Translations under genes and position numbers: made by a program
Virus record (IMG/VR): IMGVR_UViG_2808606498_000012
Length of the DNA: 64,000 nt
Direction: 5' to 3' (one strand)
Source of the DNA: an uncultured virus (IMG/VR IMGVR_UViG_2808606498_000012)
Taxonomy: Duplodnaviria; Heunggongvirae; Uroviricota; Caudoviricetes
Notes under the pieces: generated by a model
Told to the model about the DNA's origin: nothing
What the model saw: the letters and a program-made list of their open reading frames with translations, nothing else
Database searches by the model: none
Shown: one piece after another, positions 58,917 to 64,000 of the stretch
Layout: every line of letters begins with the position of its first letter
Position numbering within the stretch: position 1 is the stretch's first letter

Positions 58917-59395
58917 CAGATCAGCTCCACGGTGGTGCGCGGGGCACCGGTGATGTCGCTGACAGCCCAGCGCGCGTCGCGGCGCAGATCGTCTACGGAG
59001 GCGTTCTCGGCCTCGGCCTTGCGCTCGCCCGTGGCGGTGGCGTCGAATGACCGGTACCGTTCGATCAGCCAGGCCATTGCCGTGCAGCACACGGCCCGCA
59101 AGTAGCGGTGCACATGCCGGCTGTGGCCGTCGATCTGCTGCGCCGGCACGGCGGCGAGCGTTCCGCAGCCTGCGGCGACCTGGCCGGACTTCCACGCCGC
59201 CAGTTCATCATTGAGGGACAGCACGGCCTCGACCAACGCGGCGCGCAGCCGCTCGGGCGTCACGGTGCCGTCCAGACGCATGGCGGCACGCGCCTGATCG
59301 ACATCGATGTCCGGGAAAAAGCCATCGTTGCCGATGGGCTGGCTGCGGGGTTGTGCCGACGCGGGAACGGGTGCTGCTGCGATGAATGAGGACAT
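58916..59395 (-). CDS. P2 head completion protein L (other copy)
   Basis: Paralogue of 48561-49040. Confidence 0.92.
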   Translation of the reverse strand: MSSFIAAAPVPASAQPRSQPIGNDGFFPDIDVDQARAAMRLDGTVTPERLRAALVEAVLSLNDELAAWKSGQVAAGCGTLAAVPAQQIDGHSRHVHRYLRAVCCTAMAWLIERYRSFDATATGERKAEAENASVDDLRRDARWAVSDITGAPRTTVELI

Positions 59396-59492
59396 GGTCT
59401 TGATGAGCTGGGAGGCGGTGGACGTGGCGACGATTCGCGGCATGCCGGAAGGTCGCCACGTGCCGCCTCGATGCGCGGGGTCACGCTCGGTA

Positions 59493-60215
59493 TCAGTTGC
59501 GGCCGTCGCCGTCCTTCGCGTCGGCCTTCGCTGCGTTCTTGATGTCGCGCTCGAGGCGTTCGATGTCCTTCTTGACGCCGCACTTGTCGTGCAGCTCCAG
59601 CGCGCGGCGCAGGTGCGACAGCACGAACTGACGCAACGCGGGCACGTCCGGGGCATTGGCCTTGCCGATCTGCGCGCCGTGGGCGTAGCCGATGGCCTTG
59701 TGCAGCTTGGCCCGCACCTCGTCCGGCATGTCCTGGCTGCCCACCAGCTCGGCCACTTCGCCCAGCGCCGCCAGATCCACCGGCTCGCCGGCCTCGGTCG
59801 CTTTCAAAGCCATGTTGGCGAATTCCTCGGTGATCAGGCAGGCGGTGGTGCGCTGATACTGGTCAGGCATCGACAGCCCGTGCCGGATAGCGTAGGCGGC
59901 GAGCGGCAGCGCACCGGCGAAGTCGCCCGCATCGATGTGCCACACCATGACCGTCATCAGCACTTCGTCCTGCATGCCCGTGTCGGCTTCCAGTACACCC
60001 GCCACCCAGGCCGCGTACTCGGGCAGCAGCGTGCGCTTGACCTCGGCCTTGCGCTCGATGGACTGCACCTGCTTGAGTTGGCGCCTGTGCTCGGCCAACT
60101 GCGCCAGCATCAGCTCGTGGCCGGTCGCGTAGCGCAGCGGGTTGCCGGCCTGCGCCGCTTCGGCAGCGAGTCGGGCCGTTACGCGAAGGAAGTGGTTGCG
60201 GGCCAGGTTGGTCAC
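59493..60215 (-). CDS. P2 terminase subunit M (other copy)
   Basis: Paralogue of 49138-49860. Confidence 0.92.
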   Translation of the reverse strand: MTNLARNHFLRVTARLAAEAAQAGNPLRYATGHELMLAQLAEHRRQLKQVQSIERKAEVKRTLLPEYAAWVAGVLEADTGMQDEVLMTVMVWHIDAGDFAGALPLAAYAIRHGLSMPDQYQRTTACLITEEFANMALKATEAGEPVDLAALGEVAELVGSQDMPDEVRAKLHKAIGYAHGAQIGKANAPDVPALRQFVLSHLRRALELHDKCGVKKDIERLERDIKNAAKADAKDGDGRN

Positions 60216-61264
60216 GCGGCCTCCTCGGCGTCCGTCAGGTCGAACTCGATGTTTTCGGCCATGGCAGCACAGTCCAGGTCTTCGACCACGTATGCGTCGT
60301 TGCTCGATTCGTAGTTCTCGATGCGATCGCGGCGGGCGTTGTCCACCACCGTGCGGCGGCGCGACCCTTCCTGATAGTAGATGGACAGGTTGTCCAGCCG
60401 GGTCACCATCAGGCTAGCGGGCGGGAAGAACGGCACACGGACCGCCGGCAGGTTGCCGATACGCAGTTGGCTGACGATGACATCGGCCGCCAGGCGCTCA
60501 GAGGGCGCCTGATCCGCATTGATGAGCGGGAAGTATTTGTCGGCAAGCAGTTGGCGCCCGCACAGCACGACCAGCTCGGGGTCCTCCGCGTACCACGGGG
60601 CCACCAGTTCGTTGACCAGTTGGAAGACCACCGCATCGAGTGTCGCGTAGTCGGCGCGGGTCCGCTTACCGTCCTTCAGGAGCTTGCCCACGACGATTTG
60701 ATCGCGTGCCTTGCCGTCCCGCATAACGCGCGCGGGAGCGCCGTCGCGCACGTGCTGCAACCATCCCGTATTGACATCTTGCAGCAGCGGGTTGGCGACA
60801 CGGTTGGAAGTCGGCGTGCGCTTGACGCCGTTGAACCCGATCGTCATGCGGTCCAGTGCCTGGCGCTTGAGGATGGCATCGCGGATGCGGGTCTGGAAGT
60901 CTGGGAACTTCGCCCAGGCGTCCAGCTTCTGGTAGGTGATGTGGGTATCCGAGTTGGTCTGCTCGCAGCGATAGCGGCGGCCGTCCAGCGTCGAAATGTC
61001 GGCCGTCTGGCGATCCTGCTGGCTGGTGTCGGTCGTGCTGGCGATCGGCCCGGATACGCCCAGGCCCAGCTTCTCGCCTTCCTGCTCGGTCACGGGATAG
61101 ACGTTGATCTTGGAGAGGAATGCGCTCGATTCCTGCACCTTATTCTCAAGACGCTGCTGCACCGTCGGGCTGACGGTGAATTTCTCGTCGACGCGATCCA
61201 CGCCGTTCAGCTTGGCGATTTCTGCCTTGTAGGCCGCGAAGAGGCGGCGGGTCTTGTTCTGCAT
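60212..61264 (-). CDS. P2 major capsid protein N (other copy)
   Basis: Paralogue with an insertion (GKLLKDGKRTRADY vs GAGGDY). Confidence 0.95.
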   Translation of the reverse strand: MQNKTRRLFAAYKAEIAKLNGVDRVDEKFTVSPTVQQRLENKVQESSAFLSKINVYPVTEQEGEKLGLGVSGPIASTTDTSQQDRQTADISTLDGRRYRCEQTNSDTHITYQKLDAWAKFPDFQTRIRDAILKRQALDRMTIGFNGVKRTPTSNRVANPLLQDVNTGWLQHVRDGAPARVMRDGKARDQIVVGKLLKDGKRTRADYATLDAVVFQLVNELVAPWYAEDPELVVLCGRQLLADKYFPLINADQAPSERLAADVIVSQLRIGNLPAVRVPFFPPASLMVTRLDNLSIYYQEGSRRRTVVDNARRDRIENYESSNDAYVVEDLDCAAMAENIEFDLTDAEEAA

Positions 61265-61302
61265 GGTGTTGGCTCCGGTGGGATGGGGGTGGGTCGGCTG
61301 CC

Positions 61303-62145
61303 TCAGCAATCGGTCGTGATGACGGCTGCGCTACCGTCGCCGCCGGTGGCCGGCGGGCGCGCAGCGTAGGCGTCGGTCCGGTCCAGGTCGGCCTTGAGAG
61401 CGTGGAACTGTCGATCGCGCTCCGCGCCTTGCGCATTGAGCGCGGCGAGCTGGTCGGTCATGGCCTTGAATGCCGCGTTGAACTGCTCGCCGGTGGTCTG
61501 CAACTGCTGCGCGACGGTCTGCACGGCATCCTGTACGTCCGCAAAGCGGGCGTCGGTGGCGTCGTCGGACTTCCGCTGTTTGGAGAACAGCCGCTTGATG
61601 CTGTCGGCCAGGCTCGCGGGCGCACCGGCAGGCGTGTACGTGATCGGCTCCGAGAAATCCAGCGCCAGTTCCACGGCTTCGGTGAAGAGGTTGTCCGGGT
61701 GCTGCTTGCGCGCGGCGAGCGGGTTGGTCTTGGCCTGGGCGCTGAACTGCAGCACCTCGCATCCGAGGCTCGCCGGGTTGTCGGTCACGGCCAGACCGAC
61801 CAGGTACGCCTCGCCGGTATCCGCGAAGCTCGGTCGCACTTCCATCGACGAAAAGATCTTCTGCCGCGCCTTGTTCATGGCGATCAGATCGGCGGTGGGG
61901 TCGATCTGCGCGAGTAGGCGCATCTTGCCGTCCTGCTCTTCTGCGCGCAGCGCGGCCACATCGCCGTAAGCCTTGAACGGGCCGGTCGGGTCGTAGCCGC
62001 GGATGTGCTCCAGGTTGATGCGCGCGGTGTAGGTCTCCGGGTTGTAGTTCTTCGCCATCTGGATCAGGTCATCACGATCGATGACGCGGCCGTCGCTCGT
62101 CGCGCCTTCGGTCGCAATGCGGAAGAACTTGGTGGACTTCGCCAT
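61303..62145 (-). CDS. P2 capsid scaffold O (other copy)
   Basis: Paralogue of 50927-51766. Confidence 0.95.
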   Translation of the reverse strand: MAKSTKFFRIATEGATSDGRVIDRDDLIQMAKNYNPETYTARINLEHIRGYDPTGPFKAYGDVAALRAEEQDGKMRLLAQIDPTADLIAMNKARQKIFSSMEVRPSFADTGEAYLVGLAVTDNPASLGCEVLQFSAQAKTNPLAARKQHPDNLFTEAVELALDFSEPITYTPAGAPASLADSIKRLFSKQRKSDDATDARFADVQDAVQTVAQQLQTTGEQFNAAFKAMTDQLAALNAQGAERDRQFHALKADLDRTDAYAARPPATGGDGSAAVITTDC

Positions 62146-62213
62146 GGTGCTGTCGTGGGTGAGTGGTGGTGGTGCCATCTTCGGCGGCGACCACCGTGCG
62201 GGCAACGCAGCGA

Positions 62214-62238
62214 TGTTGTGAGGACCCGCGCCACAACA
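62214..62238. promoter_or_regulatory. Late-promoter activator box between O and P (other copy)
   Basis: TGTTGT-N13-ACAACA. Confidence 0.75.
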
Positions 62239-62281
62239 GGCGCCGCGTGGCACGCGCGCGCACGATCGGTAGCGTGGCGGC

Positions 62282-64000
62282 ATGACCACGCTGCCTCCGC
62301 TTGCCTCGCTCTCCATCGATCCCGAAAAGGACCCGCGCCGTATTGCGCGCACGCTGTATTGGCAGGGCTACCGCGTCGCCCGTATTGCCGAAATGCTGGG
62401 CGTCAAGGCTGTTACGGTGCACAGCTGGAAGCGGCGCGATGGGTGGGACGCGACGGATGCGGTGGAGCGTGTCGCGTCCAGCATCGAAGAGCGGATGGCG
62501 CGGCTGATCGCCAAGGACACGAAGGAAGGGCGGGACTACAAGGAGATCGACCTGCTCGGCCGGCAGATGGAGCGCCTGGCGCGCGTGCGCCGGTATGAGG
62601 CGTCAGGCAACGAGGCCGACCTGAACCCGAAGGTGGCGAACCGCAACAAGGGAGCGCGCCGCCAGCCCGAGCGCAACGCTGTCAGCGAGGACCAGCACAA
62701 GCAACTCGTGGACGCCTTCCACGACGCGATGTTCGATTACCAGCGCGTCTGGTACGAGGCGGGGCAGGTCGAGCGCATCCGCGACCTGCTGAAGTCGCGG
62801 CAGATCGGCGCCACGTGGTACTTCGCGCGCGAGGCGTTCATCGACGCACTGACCACGGGCCGCAACCAGATTTTTCTATCGGCCAGCAAGGCGCAAGCGT
62901 ATGTGTTCAAGCAATACATCGTCCAGTTCGCCAAGGACGCGGCCGGGGTCGAGCTGAAGGGCGATCCGATGGTGTTGCCCAATGGCGCCACGCTGTACTT
63001 CCTCGGGACAAACGCCCGCACCGCGCAGAGCTATCACGGCAACCTGTACTTCGACGAGTATTTCTGGGTGCCGCGGTTCCAGGAGCTGCGCAAGGTTGCC
63101 TCCGGGATGGCGATCCACAAGCACTGGCGGCAAACCTACTTCTCCACGCCCTCCAGCCTGGCCCATGAAGCGTATCCGTTCTGGTCTGGCGCGCTGTTCA
63201 ACCGGGGCAAGGCGAAGGACGCGCAGGTCAAGATCGACATCAGCCACGCCGCACTGCGTGATGGCCTGCGCTGCGCGGATGGGCAGTGGCGCCAGATCGT
63301 GACGGTAGAGGACGCGCTGCGCGGCGGCTGCAACCTGTTCGACCTCGATCAGTTGCGCCTGGAGTACAGCGAGCCGGAATTTGCCAACCTGCTCATGTGC
63401 GCGTTCATTGATGACAACGCATCGGTGTTTCCGCTCTCGATGCTCATGCGCGGGATGGTGGACAGTTGGGAGGCCTGGGACGACTTCCGCCCGTTCGCGC
63501 CGCGCCCGTTCGGCAATCGGCAAGTATGGGTCGGCTATGACCCCAACGGCGGGGGCGGCGATAGCGCCGCGCAGGTGGTGGTGGCGCCTCCGCTGGTGCC
63601 GGGCGGCAAGTTCCGCGTGCTGGAGAAACACCAGTTCCGCGGCATCGACTACGAGGAACAGGCCGCTGCCATTCGCCGCGTGACCGAGCGTTACACCGTG
63701 GCCTACATCGGCATCGACCGTACCGGCATCGGTGATGCGGTTTACCAGCTCGTGAGCAAGTTCCGCCCCGATACCGAGGGATTTACCTACTCGGTCGATG
63801 TGAAGACGCGCCTGGTGCTCAAGGCACACGATGTCATCAGCAAAGGCCGGCTCGAATTCGACGCGGGGTGGACCGACTTTGCCGCGTCTTTCCTGTCCAT
63901 CAAGAAAACCGTCACCGCCGCCGGCGGCCGCGTCACCTATCAGGCCGGCCGCTCGGAGGACACCAGCCATGCCGACCTGGCGTGGGCCTGTATGCACGCG
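62282..64000 (+). CDS. P2 terminase ATPase P (other copy), runs off the window
   Basis: Colinear with 51910-53691 up to HADLAWACMHA. Confidence 0.95.
   Translation, partial: MTTLPPLASLSIDPEKDPRRIARTLYWQGYRVARIAEMLGVKAVTVHSWKRRDGWDATDAVERVASSIEERMARLIAKDTKEGRDYKEIDLLGRQMERLARVRRYEASGNEADLNPKVANRNKGARRQPERNAVSEDQHKQLVDAFHDAMFDYQRVWYEAGQVERIRDLLKSRQIGATWYFAREAFIDALTTGRNQIFLSASKAQAYVFKQYIVQFAKDAAGVELKGDPMVLPNGATLYFLGTNARTAQSYHGNLYFDEYFWVPRFQELRKVASGMAIHKHWRQTYFSTPSSLAHEAYPFWSGALFNRGKAKDAQVKIDISHAALRDGLRCADGQWRQIVTVEDALRGGCNLFDLDQLRLEYSEPEFANLLMCAFIDDNASVFPLSMLMRGMVDSWEAWDDFRPFAPRPFGNRQVWVGYDPNGGGGDSAAQVVVAPPLVPGGKFRVLEKHQFRGIDYEEQAAAIRRVTERYTVAYIGIDRTGIGDAVYQLVSKFRPDTEGFTYSVDVKTRLVLKAHDVISKGRLEFDAGWTDFAASFLSIKKTVTAAGGRVTYQAGRSEDTSHADLAWACMHA

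Overview
High-GC betaproteobacterial DNA (Ralstonia solanacearum-like by gene content; an inference) from a gapped scaffold with more than 30 N-gaps. After a host LuxR-family gene and tRNA-Ser(GGA), the window is almost entirely P2-like prophage. Nearly every phage gene occurs twice, as diverged copies on alternating small contigs. The simplest reading is two related prophages interleaved by scaffolding. Prophage A is integrated at tRNA-Ser (contiguous 750-11912); prophage B is integrated at the 5' end of mutS (12013-17490). Both use a tyrosine integrase, AlpA and a Toprim primase-helicase together with a P2 head/tail/lysis set. Highlights: (1) a 15-residue RHIM-like motif (QxIxxGxxNVQIGxV) shared by the repressor C-terminus and the N-terminus of a nearby antirepressor-like ORF; (2) an Ogr-box/Com-controlled DNA methyltransferase slot holding an amino-MTase in one phage and a two-frame EcoHK31I-type C5-MTase in the other; (3) a Tle3/Tli3-like T6SS effector-immunity cassette beside the portal gene; (4) low-GC morons between V and S; (5) candidate structured RNAs. 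All family assignments come from motif recognition by eye, not database searches.
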